Below are positions 51,869 to 61,365 of a stretch of DNA of 64,000 nt, in pieces. Numbering within the stretch: position 1 is the first letter of the stretch; the number at the start of each line of letters is the position of its first letter. The stretch spans positions 53,385-117,384 of the forward strand of contig JACYLQ010000016.1 of NCBI GenBank assembly GCA_015272395.1, given 5' to 3'. The notes beneath the pieces are model-generated. The model saw only the letters and a list, made by a program, of their open reading frames with translations, made no database searches and was not told the origin of the DNA. This DNA comes from Calothrix sp. C42_A2020_038. GTDB lineage: Bacteria > Cyanobacteriota > Cyanobacteriia > Cyanobacteriales > Nostocaceae. The position numbers and the translations under genes were made by a program.

Positions 51869-52591
51869 TCACGGCGCCAGTTTGCCTTTACCAAGTCGAG
51901 TTGATTTGTACCATACAGCAATTACAGGCGCCCACTCTTCAAGATGAGGAAACATCATTTCACACAGCTTCTGAATTTCTAGCTGTGCGTCCTTTTTGTA
52001 TCGCAAATCGAGAAAATGAAGAAGCGAGCGTAAATTAAAACTAACAACAAAGTGCTGTCGATAATCAAACGGAACCTTTCCACGCGCGTGTTCCTCAGAC
52101 ATCCCAGACTCAAAATCTGCTTTGTATCGCTTTGCCGCTTCTAAACACCACTGTAAGTCCGCTTCACGTTGTTCAGGTGAATAGTAATATTTTTTACCTT
52201 GGCGGTCGCTATAATATCCAACTGGACGTAAGTAAAAAACATCCTCAATATCTTTCTTACCATCTACGACATCGATTACCTGTGTGCCAGTATATCTATA
52301 AGACTGAACATCAAATGATACACCAACTCGATGAGTACGTGCCTGCTGCATAACACTGTGAGGAAAATAGCCACAGTTAAAGACTATCTGCGGATGCTCC
52401 ATCGGTCCAAAATGTCCTCTGTCACCAGCTAACAAGCGTTTTACAATCAACTCTCCACAAGCTTGTTCACTTGGGAATTTATCACGCTCATCGTACACAA
52501 ACGCTTCTGTGTAATCTTGGTGCATTGCAGCGTAAATGACCTGTTGGGGATTGGGAGTTTTAGCTAAAACCTCTACGCGGAATCGATCCAT
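51869..52591 (-). CDS. thyX: FAD-dependent thymidylate synthase
   Basis: The ThyX motif ARTHRVGVSFDVQSYRY (RHR...S.R) is present and the length is typical. Confidence 0.9.
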   Translation of the reverse strand: MDRFRVEVLAKTPNPQQVIYAAMHQDYTEAFVYDERDKFPSEQACGELIVKRLLAGDRGHFGPMEHPQIVFNCGYFPHSVMQQARTHRVGVSFDVQSYRYTGTQVIDVVDGKKDIEDVFYLRPVGYYSDRQGKKYYYSPEQREADLQWCLEAAKRYKADFESGMSEEHARGKVPFDYRQHFVVSFNLRSLLHFLDLRYKKDAQLEIQKLCEMMFPHLEEWAPVIAVWYKSTRLGKGKLAP

Positions 52592-52701
52592 GAGCGGACT
52601 AACGATAAATTTCTACAACAAAGGGCTGTATAGCCCAAAGAGTCATCATATAACGCGACGCTTCAGGAAAAAAAAATATTAAAAAAAATTGCTGAATATT
52701 C

Positions 52702-52741
52702 TTTACAGAAATTAACATAGTAGTTTACAATAGTTAACAAA
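52702..52741 (+). promoter_or_regulatory. two tandem HLR1-like (RpaB-type) boxes upstream of hli
   Basis: TTTACAGA-aa-TTAACATA (52702-52719) and TTTACAAT-ag-TTAACAAA (52724-52741), 22 bp apart. They lie 29-68 bp upstream of the hli ATG. Confidence 0.55.
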
Positions 52742-52769
52742 TACAGGAATAAATCTTTAGGAAAATCTC

Positions 52770-52985
52770 ATGGCATACAAAGGCGCGATTATAGACGAGC
52801 AAGGTAAGATGAACAATTTTGCTCTGGAACCAAAGGTTTATGTTGATGAGCAAGGGGATCGCACTGGTTTCACTCCTTATGCTGAGTTACTCAATGGTCG
52901 TTTAGCAATGATTGGTTTCGTTTCATTGATTGCATTGGAAGTACTTACCGGACATGGAATTTTCGGTTTTTTACAAAGTCTTTAA
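52770..52985 (+). CDS. hli: high-light-inducible protein (HLIP, CAB/ELIP/HLIP superfamily)
   Basis: 71 aa with a single TM carrying AELLNGRLAMIGFVSLIALE. Confidence 0.88.
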   Translation: MAYKGAIIDEQGKMNNFALEPKVYVDEQGDRTGFTPYAELLNGRLAMIGFVSLIALEVLTGHGIFGFLQSL

Positions 52986-53054
52986 TTAGGAAGCTTCTAA
53001 CAAAAATTACTTGGTCGTTGTAACGTAGTGGTTAGATAACAGAAAATATATTGT

Positions 53055-53092
53055 AAACCCGTTCCTACATGTTTATGTATTGGGACGGGTTT
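53055..53092 (+). terminator. rho-independent terminator of hli
   Basis: AAACCCGTTCC (53055-53065) pairs with GGGACGGGTTT (53082-53092) with one mismatch, followed by T-rich sequence. Confidence 0.55.
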
Positions 53093-53142
53093 ATGATTAT
53101 TTTTATCTACGACACCAAACCAGTAAATATTTTTGAGGGTAT

Positions 53143-53721
53143 ATGGCTTTAACAGCATCTACAATGCTTCCACTTGGGACACAGGCGCCGGAATTTTCAT
53201 TACCAGATGTGGTATCGGGAAAAATAACATCCGTATCTGATTATACAGGTAAGGTATTGCTAGTAATGTTTATATGTCAACATTGTCCGTTTGTTAAACA
53301 TATTAGAAACGAATTGGCAAAGTTGAGTAGAGATTATTTAGATAGTGAGTTAGGGATTATAGCAATCAGCGCGAATGATGTCGAAAAATATCCTGATGAT
53401 GCACCAGAATCTTTAAAAGCAATGGCAATAGAGCTAGATATAAAATATCCGATTTGTTACGACGAAAGTCAAGAAGTTGCAAAAGCTTATACTGCTGCGT
53501 GTACACCAGATTTCTTTTTATTCGATGCAGAACATAAATTGATTTATCGTGGGCAATTAGATGATAGTCGTCCAAGTAATAATGAGCCAGTAACAGGTAA
53601 GCATTTGCGCGCAGCAATAGATTCAGCCCTAGCAGGCAAAGAAATAATTGGAGAACAAAAACCAAGTATTGGCTGCAATATTAAATGGAAACCAGGTAAT
53701 GAGCCAAGTTATTTTGGGTAA
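53143..53721 (+). CDS. thioredoxin-fold protein (AhpC/TSA-redoxin family, CxxC)
   Basis: PAPEFSLPDV...LLVMFICQHCPFV is present. GAGGG sits upstream of the ATG. Confidence 0.8.
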   Translation: MALTASTMLPLGTQAPEFSLPDVVSGKITSVSDYTGKVLLVMFICQHCPFVKHIRNELAKLSRDYLDSELGIIAISANDVEKYPDDAPESLKAMAIELDIKYPICYDESQEVAKAYTAACTPDFFLFDAEHKLIYRGQLDDSRPSNNEPVTGKHLRAAIDSALAGKEIIGEQKPSIGCNIKWKPGNEPSYFG

Positions 53722-53847
53722 TAGAATTTAAAAATCGGAAGTTAAAAATTGAAAATTGGGAAATAGTTAGTAGTAATGAAAATTGACAGTTGATCGATAA
53801 AAATTCCTAAACAAGTAAATAAAACTACTAACCATTACCCTTATCTA

Positions 53848-54354
53848 TTAATGTTTAATCTCCAGATTTAAAATATAAGTCCCTAACTGAACTTTCCCCG
53901 ACCATAATTCATATTCAACTCGTAAATGTTCGGGCAAAGGATGTCCATTAAGAAGAAGACTACGAGTGTAATTACGGAGGCGAATTGGCTCATGAGGCTG
54001 AAATGATTCGCTAGGTAGCCAATACCTACTGACTCCGCAAACACCCTGTTCCCAGAAATGGCGATAGCTCAACTGTGCATTTCCTTGCATTGTCATAGTG
54101 ACGCGATAGGGTGATATCTCCAGCCATATAATTCGAGGGCTACCAGGAGTAGGTATGTTACAGCTTGGGTACATATCCTCGCGCGTTCGGGAGTGAATGG
54201 ATTCACTATTTTTTTGATGTGGCGCGGTCAAGAGTAAATGGAATCGATCGCTGTCTTTTTGATACAATGTTGCCGCAGTTTCAACAACAGACCACACGGG
54301 GAGGTCTGTAGAGATTAGCGACAGGCATACGGGCTTGCGTTGGTGTGTCAGCAT
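53848..54354 (-). CDS. hypothetical protein
   Basis: ORF with an ATG at 54354; the track extends to TTG 54450. No motif recognised. Confidence 0.4.
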   Translation of the reverse strand: MLTHQRKPVCLSLISTDLPVWSVVETAATLYQKDSDRFHLLLTAPHQKNSESIHSRTREDMYPSCNIPTPGSPRIIWLEISPYRVTMTMQGNAQLSYRHFWEQGVCGVSRYWLPSESFQPHEPIRLRNYTRSLLLNGHPLPEHLRVEYELWSGKVQLGTYILNLEIKH

Positions 54355-54558
54355 GGGAGCGATACCGGCAGTTAAGTTCCAATTGAGAAAAAACGAAACA
54401 CGGACGAAAGGTGAATTCCTAATTAGGTGAGCATCCTGATAGTTGGGCAATGCAAAACAACCGTAAAACTAAAAAGAAAATAAGTTCAAACTAGATAGAG
54501 CGACCCGGCCATAGAAAGCGGTAGGATAAAGTTCGCAGTCACACGCCAGTTTATCCTA

Positions 54559-55911
54559 ATGTCGCCTTCTGTTATAACCGTAGAAACAAAAGAAGACGTT
54601 TCGCTTTCTTTAATCATTAACCAGACAAGTTCTGGTATGTCTTTACAGGGTCGCATACTCGTACCAGGTGATAAGTCTATATCTCATCGTGCCCTAATGT
54701 TGGGTGCTTTGGCACAAGGAGAAACGAAAATTCAAGGTTTACTCCTTGGTGAAGACCCTCTAAGCACTGCGAGTTGCTTTCAAGCAATGGGGGCGCAAAT
54801 TTCGCCGCTTAATACCGAGTTGGTAACAGTAACGGGAATTGGTATTGGTAACTTGCTTGAACCCGTTGATATTCTCAATGCGGGAAATTCAGGTACGACG
54901 TTACGGTTGATGCTGGGAATTTTAGCTTCGCATCCGGGTAAATTTTTTACTGTTACCGGCGATAACTCATTGCGTTCGCGTCCGATGTCGCGCGTTGTTA
55001 AACCCTTACAACAAATGGAGGCACAAATTTGGGGACGAAAAGATAATTCACTTGCTCCCTTAGCAGTACAAGGTCAGTCGCTCAAGCCTATTCATTATCA
55101 TTCACCGATTGCTAGCGCGCAAGTTAAATCTTGTATCCTGTTAGCTGGTTTAATGACAGATGGTAAAACTACCGTTACAGAACCCGCACTTTCGCGCGAC
55201 CACAGTGAACGGATGTTACGAGCGTTTGGCGCCGATATAGAAGTTGACCCTGATTCTAAAAGTGTAACTGTGACAGGGGGGAAATTGCTACATGGTCAAC
55301 ACGTAATTGTACCTGGTGATATTAGTTCAGCCGCTTTTTGGCTAGTGGCTGGAGCAATTGTTCCTAATTCCGAGTTGGTCATCGAAAATGTTGGTGTCAA
55401 TCCAACTCGTACAGGTGTATTAGAAGCGTTGGAAATGATGGGCGCCGATATTCAGCAAGAGAACCGGCGCGAAGTTGCAGGGGAGCCAGTAGCAGATTTG
55501 CGCGTGCGTACCAGTAAGTTAAAAAGTTGTACTATTTCAGGAGATATTATCCCACGTCTAATTGACGAAATTCCAATTCTGGCAGTAGCAGCCGTATTTG
55601 CCGAAGGTACAACAGTAATAAAAGATGCTGAAGAACTGCGAGTAAAAGAAAGCGACCGTATTGCTGTAATGGTGCAGCAACTTACAAAAATGGGCGCCAA
55701 AGTGGCTGAGTTACCCGACGGTATGGAAATTACAGGTGGTACTCCACTGGTCGGTTCAGATGTAGATAGTCATACAGACCATCGTATTGCCATGAGTTTA
55801 GCAATAGCTGCGCTCAACACCAAAGGAACTACTACGATACATCGCGCCGAAGCTGCGAGTATTTCTTACCCCGACTTTACCAGCACACTACAAAAAATCA
55901 TCGTTAGTTAG
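54559..55911 (+). CDS. aroA: 3-phosphoshikimate 1-carboxyvinyltransferase (EPSP synthase)
   Basis: [31 protein letters not shown] and [13 protein letters not shown] are present. Confidence 0.93.
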   Translation: MSPSVITVETKEDVSLSLIINQTSSGMSLQGRILVPGDKSISHRALMLGALAQGETKIQGLLLGEDPLSTASCFQAMGAQISPLNTELVTVTGIGIGNLLEPVDILNAGNSGTTLRLMLGILASHPGKFFTVTGDNSLRSRPMSRVVKPLQQMEAQIWGRKDNSLAPLAVQGQSLKPIHYHSPIASAQVKSCILLAGLMTDGKTTVTEPALSRDHSERMLRAFGADIEVDPDSKSVTVTGGKLLHGQHVIVPGDISSAAFWLVAGAIVPNSELVIENVGVNPTRTGVLEALEMMGADIQQENRREVAGEPVADLRVRTSKLKSCTISGDIIPRLIDEIPILAVAAVFAEGTTVIKDAEELRVKESDRIAVMVQQLTKMGAKVAELPDGMEITGGTPLVGSDVDSHTDHRIAMSLAIAALNTKGTTTIHRAEAASISYPDFTSTLQKIIVS

Positions 55912-55980
55912 CTGGCAAAAGTTTATTTATCTTTACAAAATCTTTCATTGTTCGACATGATCCGTAGAGGTGAGTAACTG

Positions 55981-56036
55981 TAATTCCCGTCTTTCTACGT
56001 AGTAAGGATAATTCCCGTCTTTCTACGTAGTAAGGA
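55981..56036. repeat. perfect 2 x 28-bp tandem direct repeat
   Basis: TAATTCCCGTCTTTCTACGTAGTAAGGA occurs at 55981-56008 and again at 56009-56036, non-coding, 70 bp after the aroA stop. Confidence 0.9.
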
Positions 56037-56076
56037 GGGAATGTAAATTGTATATTTTTACTATCTAAAATAACTC

Positions 56077-56240
56077 TTAAAATCAGTAATTGCGATTTTT
56101 AACCCATAAGGTAAGTGGAATAGCATTACCTTGTTTATATCAACTTTTGCTTCTACTACAATAGGTTGTAATTGCCCTGGTGCAACGTTTCTTACTTCCA
56201 ATATATCTTTATTGATTTTGTCTCGTTTGTCTTCAGGTAG
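56077..56240 (-). pseudogene. degenerate duplicate of the 3' end (last ~54 codons plus stop) of the neighbouring GDYXXLXY gene
   Basis: 56077-56240 aligns to 56359-56520 at roughly 85% identity by eye, with a 2-nt indel (frameshift). Similarity ends abruptly after CTTCAGGTAG. Confidence 0.7.
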
Positions 56241-56358
56241 TAGGAATTTAATTCGGGCATCGCCAACAAAATGACACCTAAAAAATTAGTCTAAAAAAAA
56301 ACGGTCACGTTCTATTCATAGAAATACGAGAATTGACAGTTTAGTTATTTATAGATTA

Positions 56359-56964
56359 TTAAAATCGGTAATTGCGATTTTTGACCCATAAAGTAAGTGG
56401 GATGGCATTACCTTGGTTATCAACTTTTGCTTCTACTACAAAGGGTTGTTGTTCGCCTGGTTTAACTTTTTGTGCTTCCGATATATCTTTATTGATTTTG
56501 TCTCGTTGGTCTTCAGGTAGATAATAGGTTTCTAAATTGTAGTTAACTGAACCGTATTGATAAGTACCTTTAATAGCAACTTGGCTCGGCGCCAAGGATG
56601 AAGGTTTTGTGAAACTAACACGTACTGGTTTCCAAGGTAAAGGTGGTATTTTTCCAGATGAGTTTTGTTCTTGTAGTGTTACATAAATAGTTGTATTTTG
56701 TGCAATGGGAGAATATTGTTTATCTACACCTGGAGACTTTTTGACTATTTCATCCCAGCCTGGAAGCTTCTTTAAATTATCTTGACGGGAAATATCGTAA
56801 CTAAGGGTTTGTGAATAACCACGCAATAAGTCGTAAGGGTCTACTGGTACAGTTTGTAATACCACAGTTTTACCAGTTATGTGTATGTATACTGCTTGTG
56901 CCGGAATAGAAAGGATAAAAGCAGTTTGGATAAGAAGGGGTACTGTAAATCGCCAAGTTTTCAT
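56359..56964 (-). CDS. GDYXXLXY domain protein
   Basis: Signal/TM N-terminus and the motif VDPYDLLRGYSQTLSYDIS. Confidence 0.75.
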   Translation of the reverse strand: MKTWRFTVPLLIQTAFILSIPAQAVYIHITGKTVVLQTVPVDPYDLLRGYSQTLSYDISRQDNLKKLPGWDEIVKKSPGVDKQYSPIAQNTTIYVTLQEQNSSGKIPPLPWKPVRVSFTKPSSLAPSQVAIKGTYQYGSVNYNLETYYLPEDQRDKINKDISEAQKVKPGEQQPFVVEAKVDNQGNAIPLTLWVKNRNYRF

Positions 56965-57040
56965 ATTTTTTTAATTGCATTTTTAGATTTTGAGTTTAAG
57001 GTTTTTGAAGTGTGGTTTTAGTCGTCGGAAATTTAGGAAT

Positions 57041-58450
57041 TTAAGTTGGGAATCTACCTGTACGACGTTCAAACCAAATTCCGGCGCCAATAACTGCAAC
57101 TCCGCATAAAATAAATACCAATGATTTAAATAACAACTGGGTCTCATATTCCAACATACGACTAATAATTTGTAACGTTAGTAATATAATTCCACCCCAG
57201 TAGGCGCCTCTTTTTCCTAGATCGAGTGCTTCTTTAATTAAGCAGCAAGCTAATACCGCTAAAAGTAGATTGAAAGTAAAGATAGAAATTGCAGGAGCGA
57301 TAGCGCGGAAGTGATGCAAGACTATAATTGCACTGCTGATGACAATAAAACTGCTGACAAAAATATCAGTAGCTTCAATTCTTATGTTTTGTCTAGGACG
57401 TAATAGATTCCACCACTGCCATATTGCTAACAGGGTGAAAATAACTACATCAATAACAGGAAACCAAGCTGGTGCTGAGTTGGATACAGTTGGGGTGTAA
57501 GAATAACTCGACTCCCATTGCCAACGGAAAGAAAAAATATAGAAATTGATACCAAAAAATACAAAAGTTAATGTGCGTGCGGTTGGTTGAAATCGCTGTA
57601 AGTTGGAGTTAAATCTAGAAAATAATGAGTCGTCATAACTCCACAATAACGCAGGTGGTAAAGCAAGTGCAGCGATTCCAACCCAGAACGGTGTATTTAG
57701 GTTGAGTGTTTCAAAATAACGTAGATTAAGTTGTAAATTAGTAACAATCGCGATTGCACTTAATCGAAATATCCATCGTGAACGGCATAGGTAAGCCAAA
57801 GGCACAAATAGGACAGCTAAAATTAGGGGCATATGTCGTACCATTATATGTCCCCAGCTTTGATATTTCTCCCAATAGTAGACTTCCGAAAGTCCTGTCC
57901 AGTAACCAATTTGTAATAAAATCAGCGCAAGTATTGCAAGTGTTGTGATGTGTAAACTCAATGCCATAATTACAACAGCTAAACCCCAAGCCAGGTAAAG
58001 CTGGTATGCAGAACCACCAATGTGGAACATTTGCGCTAATAATCCTATATTGGCGCCTATTAGCAAGTTACCCAAAAGGATTAAACCTGTTCCAAATATA
58101 CGCTTGCGACGTTGGGTTCTTCTTGCTGAAATCGCAGTAGATAAAGGTTGGCGCCACAAATAAAAGCCAGAAATATTAGTAGCTAAAAATAAACTGACCA
58201 ATAGAACCAATCTGATTTCGCGCGATAATGCTTGCCAATTGGCAGCTACAAATGTAATTACACCTAATGCCAACAAGATGGCGCCTAAACCAATTAGTAT
58301 AAAAACAAAACGGTCGCGTCCCTCTGCTTCAAGGCTATTAAATTGATACCTCTCGGCAAGCTGTTCGTATAAATCCCTGTCAATCAAGCCTTCATCTTGC
58401 CACTGTTGCGCCTCTGTACGCAACTTGCGGACAAAATTATCGAATAGCAT
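57041..58450 (-). CDS. polytopic membrane protein (DUF2157/DUF4401-like)
   Basis: Soluble N-terminal segment (WQDEGLIDRDLYEQLAERY) followed by at least 10 TM helices. This is the usual partner of GDYXXLXY proteins. Confidence 0.7.
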   Translation of the reverse strand: MLFDNFVRKLRTEAQQWQDEGLIDRDLYEQLAERYQFNSLEAEGRDRFVFILIGLGAILLALGVITFVAANWQALSREIRLVLLVSLFLATNISGFYLWRQPLSTAISARRTQRRKRIFGTGLILLGNLLIGANIGLLAQMFHIGGSAYQLYLAWGLAVVIMALSLHITTLAILALILLQIGYWTGLSEVYYWEKYQSWGHIMVRHMPLILAVLFVPLAYLCRSRWIFRLSAIAIVTNLQLNLRYFETLNLNTPFWVGIAALALPPALLWSYDDSLFSRFNSNLQRFQPTARTLTFVFFGINFYIFSFRWQWESSYSYTPTVSNSAPAWFPVIDVVIFTLLAIWQWWNLLRPRQNIRIEATDIFVSSFIVISSAIIVLHHFRAIAPAISIFTFNLLLAVLACCLIKEALDLGKRGAYWGGIILLTLQIISRMLEYETQLLFKSLVFILCGVAVIGAGIWFERRTGRFPT

Positions 58451-58571
58451 AACTCACTCCAATACTCTCTAGCAGAATAAAAGGCTATATTCTTCAGTAT
58501 GAAGCCTGCTAGATTGATAACAAAGTTAAAATGTGACAGTTTTAATATTTTGATTATTAGTTTGTTGATTA

Positions 58572-60632
58572 TTAGTTTGCAGCAGTCTGTGCTTCTTGGT
58601 AAATTATTTCTTGGAACTGAATTACGTCTTTTTGCGGGTCAGATAGACTGACTTTAACCAATAACTCTTCTCCCAACTTAACCGGACGCTTGAAGAACAT
58701 GGGTAACTGTAAACCCAAATCTTTCAATAAAATTAATGCTAAACCGCTATCTTCACGCAACCACATTAAAACAATCACTTCCCAAACTTCATCGGTGTTG
58801 CGACGTAAATACTCAAGTGCCCAGTAACGATTTGTTTGTCGCTCTATTATTGTTACTTCTTGAGTAATTGTAGTTACGGTCATCATCACATCTCTAAGTT
58901 GGTCTGCTGTAAAAGGTAGCACCTCGCCACGTAAGTGTGCTTTTAACTGGAAGTGCGTTAGCAAATCACTATAGCGACGTATTGGAGAAGTTGCTTGTGT
59001 ATAGGTATCCAAACCCAAACCAGCATGACGAACTGGGGTTATACTCATTTCACTTTTTGGCATACACCTACGCATAGCACAAGCACGCACAAAGCCAGCA
59101 GGCAATAAAATTAATTCTTGTTCTGGTGGTAATTCAGGCTGAGGCTGACCACGGAACGGTAGAGGTATATTATTTTCTTTTCCATAACGAGCAGCAACTT
59201 CTCCTGCAAGAATCATCATTTCAGCAACAAGTCGGCGTGAGGGAGAATCATCTAGCAAATCGATGCTAATGTCATCGTCTTTAACTTTAATCATGGCTTC
59301 GGGCATATTGATACTTATTGCCCCTTGAGCGTAACGCCACGTGTTACGTTTTTCTGCGGCCACTGCGATAGCTTTGATTTCTGGCTCTGCCTGCACACCT
59401 AATTGCAACATCTCGTCAACGTCTTCGTAAGTGAGACGATAGGTAGGCTTAATCAAGCTAGCGTGAATACTGTAATCGACAATCGCCCCCTCTTCGTCTA
59501 AGATGATGCCGAAACTTAAAGCACAACATTCCTTTCCCTGAACTAAACTCATCGGTCCAGTCGCTAATAATTCGGGGAACATTGGTATCATTCCTGTAGG
59601 TAAATATACAGTACTCCCCCGTTTACGTGCTTCTAAATCTAACTCATCTTCGGGTATTAACCAGCGTGTTGGGTCAGCGATATGAACCCAGACACGCTCA
59701 CGTCCATCTGCTAGTCGTTCCCAGCTCAAACCGTCATCAATCTCGGTAGTACTCTCATCATCAATGGTGTACACTTTGAGTTGTGTCAGATTGATACGGT
59801 CAGTATCTCTGTCTGGTGGGTTAAAATCCAAACGTTGCTGCGCCACTTCTATTACCTTGGTAGGGAACTGAACTGGAATTGACGAACGACGCAAAAATAA
59901 GTTTTCATGGGGACTCCACAATCCTAAATCGATTAGCAGTTGAAATGCTGCTTGAGGTGTAGCAGGGCGCCCTAATAAGTTCATGGTTTCCAGCACTGTT
60001 GCGCTTGGAGGATAAGCACGCGCGACTGTTTCGTAAGTGACACCGGTTTTGCTAGTGTCAGCAAGCAGCGCAGCATATTTTTCAAGCGCTTCAATTCGAT
60101 GACGGTCAGGTCTTTGCCACTCAACAATTTCACCTTTAAGCGCTTTCTCAACTCGTTCTAAAAATTCTTGCTGTCCTTTAACCTTGAGAGCTTCTACTTC
60201 CAATTGATGTTTACGTTCTGCAACCTGTGTAGCAGTTCGCGGTTCATATCCATCTCCCTTCTGCTTAAAGTAAATCTTGTCGTCAGACAATAAGCAGTAA
60301 GCAGCGTAGCATTGAGATGGGGAAGATTCTGAAAAAAGTAGTTCCGCCATTTGCTTTGGGGTAACAACTTCGCTATCTTCAACTAATAACTCCCAAGCGA
60401 CCTCAAGACTTGATGGGTCTAAGTAGACATCAACCTCTTGTAAAAACTTTGGTATTTGCGACGACTGGTAGGTTTCCCCAGTCACAGTATAAGTTATTTG
60501 CCGAGGGGCAAGGCTGTGGGATTGACCTCGTTCGTCGATTACAAAAACACGGGTTTTACCATCTGGGCGGTCAACCACTCCCAGACGTCTTTCTGCTCCA
60601 ACCCGAAATTCAACTAGCGTCCCCTTCTCCAC
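58572..60632 (-). CDS. rnb: RNase II/R family 3'-5' exoribonuclease
   Basis: RNB domain motifs (YTIDDESTTEIDDGLS, TSPIRRYSDL) and a C-terminal S1-like domain. GTG start. Confidence 0.88.
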   Translation of the reverse strand: MEKGTLVEFRVGAERRLGVVDRPDGKTRVFVIDERGQSHSLAPRQITYTVTGETYQSSQIPKFLQEVDVYLDPSSLEVAWELLVEDSEVVTPKQMAELLFSESSPSQCYAAYCLLSDDKIYFKQKGDGYEPRTATQVAERKHQLEVEALKVKGQQEFLERVEKALKGEIVEWQRPDRHRIEALEKYAALLADTSKTGVTYETVARAYPPSATVLETMNLLGRPATPQAAFQLLIDLGLWSPHENLFLRRSSIPVQFPTKVIEVAQQRLDFNPPDRDTDRINLTQLKVYTIDDESTTEIDDGLSWERLADGRERVWVHIADPTRWLIPEDELDLEARKRGSTVYLPTGMIPMFPELLATGPMSLVQGKECCALSFGIILDEEGAIVDYSIHASLIKPTYRLTYEDVDEMLQLGVQAEPEIKAIAVAAEKRNTWRYAQGAISINMPEAMIKVKDDDISIDLLDDSPSRRLVAEMMILAGEVAARYGKENNIPLPFRGQPQPELPPEQELILLPAGFVRACAMRRCMPKSEMSITPVRHAGLGLDTYTQATSPIRRYSDLLTHFQLKAHLRGEVLPFTADQLRDVMMTVTTITQEVTIIERQTNRYWALEYLRRNTDEVWEVIVLMWLREDSGLALILLKDLGLQLPMFFKRPVKLGEELLVKVSLSDPQKDVIQFQEIIYQEAQTAAN

Positions 60633-60643
60633 AAGCCTTCTTC

Positions 60644-60684
60644 AAATTTTAAATTTTAGATTTTAGATTGGATTTTAGATTACA
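60644..60684. repeat. degenerate heptamer array (AAATTTT/AGATTTT/GATTTTA)
   Basis: About 5-6 heptamers lie immediately upstream of the rnb start. Confidence 0.7.
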
Positions 60685-60890
60685 TGACTTTGATCTTGAA
60701 TCCTAAAATTCCACAATGGCTGAATAATATAACCTATCTTACCTTGCTGTTCTGTTAAGATTCCAGATTTAAAGACAGATTTTGGAATAATCTAAAATCC
60801 GTCTTTAAAAGCTTTGATCGGAGAAAACCTCCGCTCAAACTTTTCGCAAAATCTAAAATCGCAATAGCAATTTCCAAACAGTAATCCAAT

Positions 60891-61106
60891 TTAGCCTTCT
60901 GCGTTAATGAATGGCAACAATGCCATAATCCGCGCCCGCTTAATTGATGTAGTTAAGTCACGCTGCTGCTTCGCTGTTAATCCGGTAATCCGACGTGGTA
61001 AGATTTTACCCCGTTCAGTGATAAACTTACGAAGTAAATCAACATCTTTATAGTCGATGGGTTCACCAGGTTTAATTGGCGATAGACGACGACGATAGTA
61101 ACTCAT
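60891..61106 (-). CDS. rpsR: 30S ribosomal protein S18
   Basis: 71 aa. [31 protein letters not shown] is present. Confidence 0.95.
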   Translation of the reverse strand: MSYYRRRLSPIKPGEPIDYKDVDLLRKFITERGKILPRRITGLTAKQQRDLTTSIKRARIMALLPFINAEG

Positions 61107-61122
61107 TCTGACTTAGTTTCCC

Positions 61123-61317
61123 CTACTTAATCTCTTTATGAACAGTGTGTTTGTTACAGTGCGTACAGAACTTACTCAGTTCTAGACGGTTGGTTGTATT
61201 GCGACGATTTTTAGTCGTTGTATAACGCGATACACCGGGTGAGCGTTTATCGGAGTTAGACCGACATTCAGTACATTCGAGTGTCACTATTATGCGGACA
61301 CCTTTGTTCTTAGCCAT
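61123..61317 (-). CDS. rpmG: 50S ribosomal protein L33
   Basis: 64 aa. LECTECR...[31 protein letters not shown] is present. Confidence 0.95.
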   Translation of the reverse strand: MAKNKGVRIIVTLECTECRSNSDKRSPGVSRYTTTKNRRNTTNRLELSKFCTHCNKHTVHKEIK

Positions 61318-61365
61318 AAAAGTTCAAACCAACGGTAAAGCCTGAAGAGAATTTAACACAAACTT

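Noticed and set aside
60644-60684. Heptamer arrays considered as possible CRISPR or minisatellite loci
   Set aside because: The units are 7 bp and contiguous without spacers, so these are simple STRR-like tandem repeats. There are no cas genes and no repeat-spacer architecture in the window.
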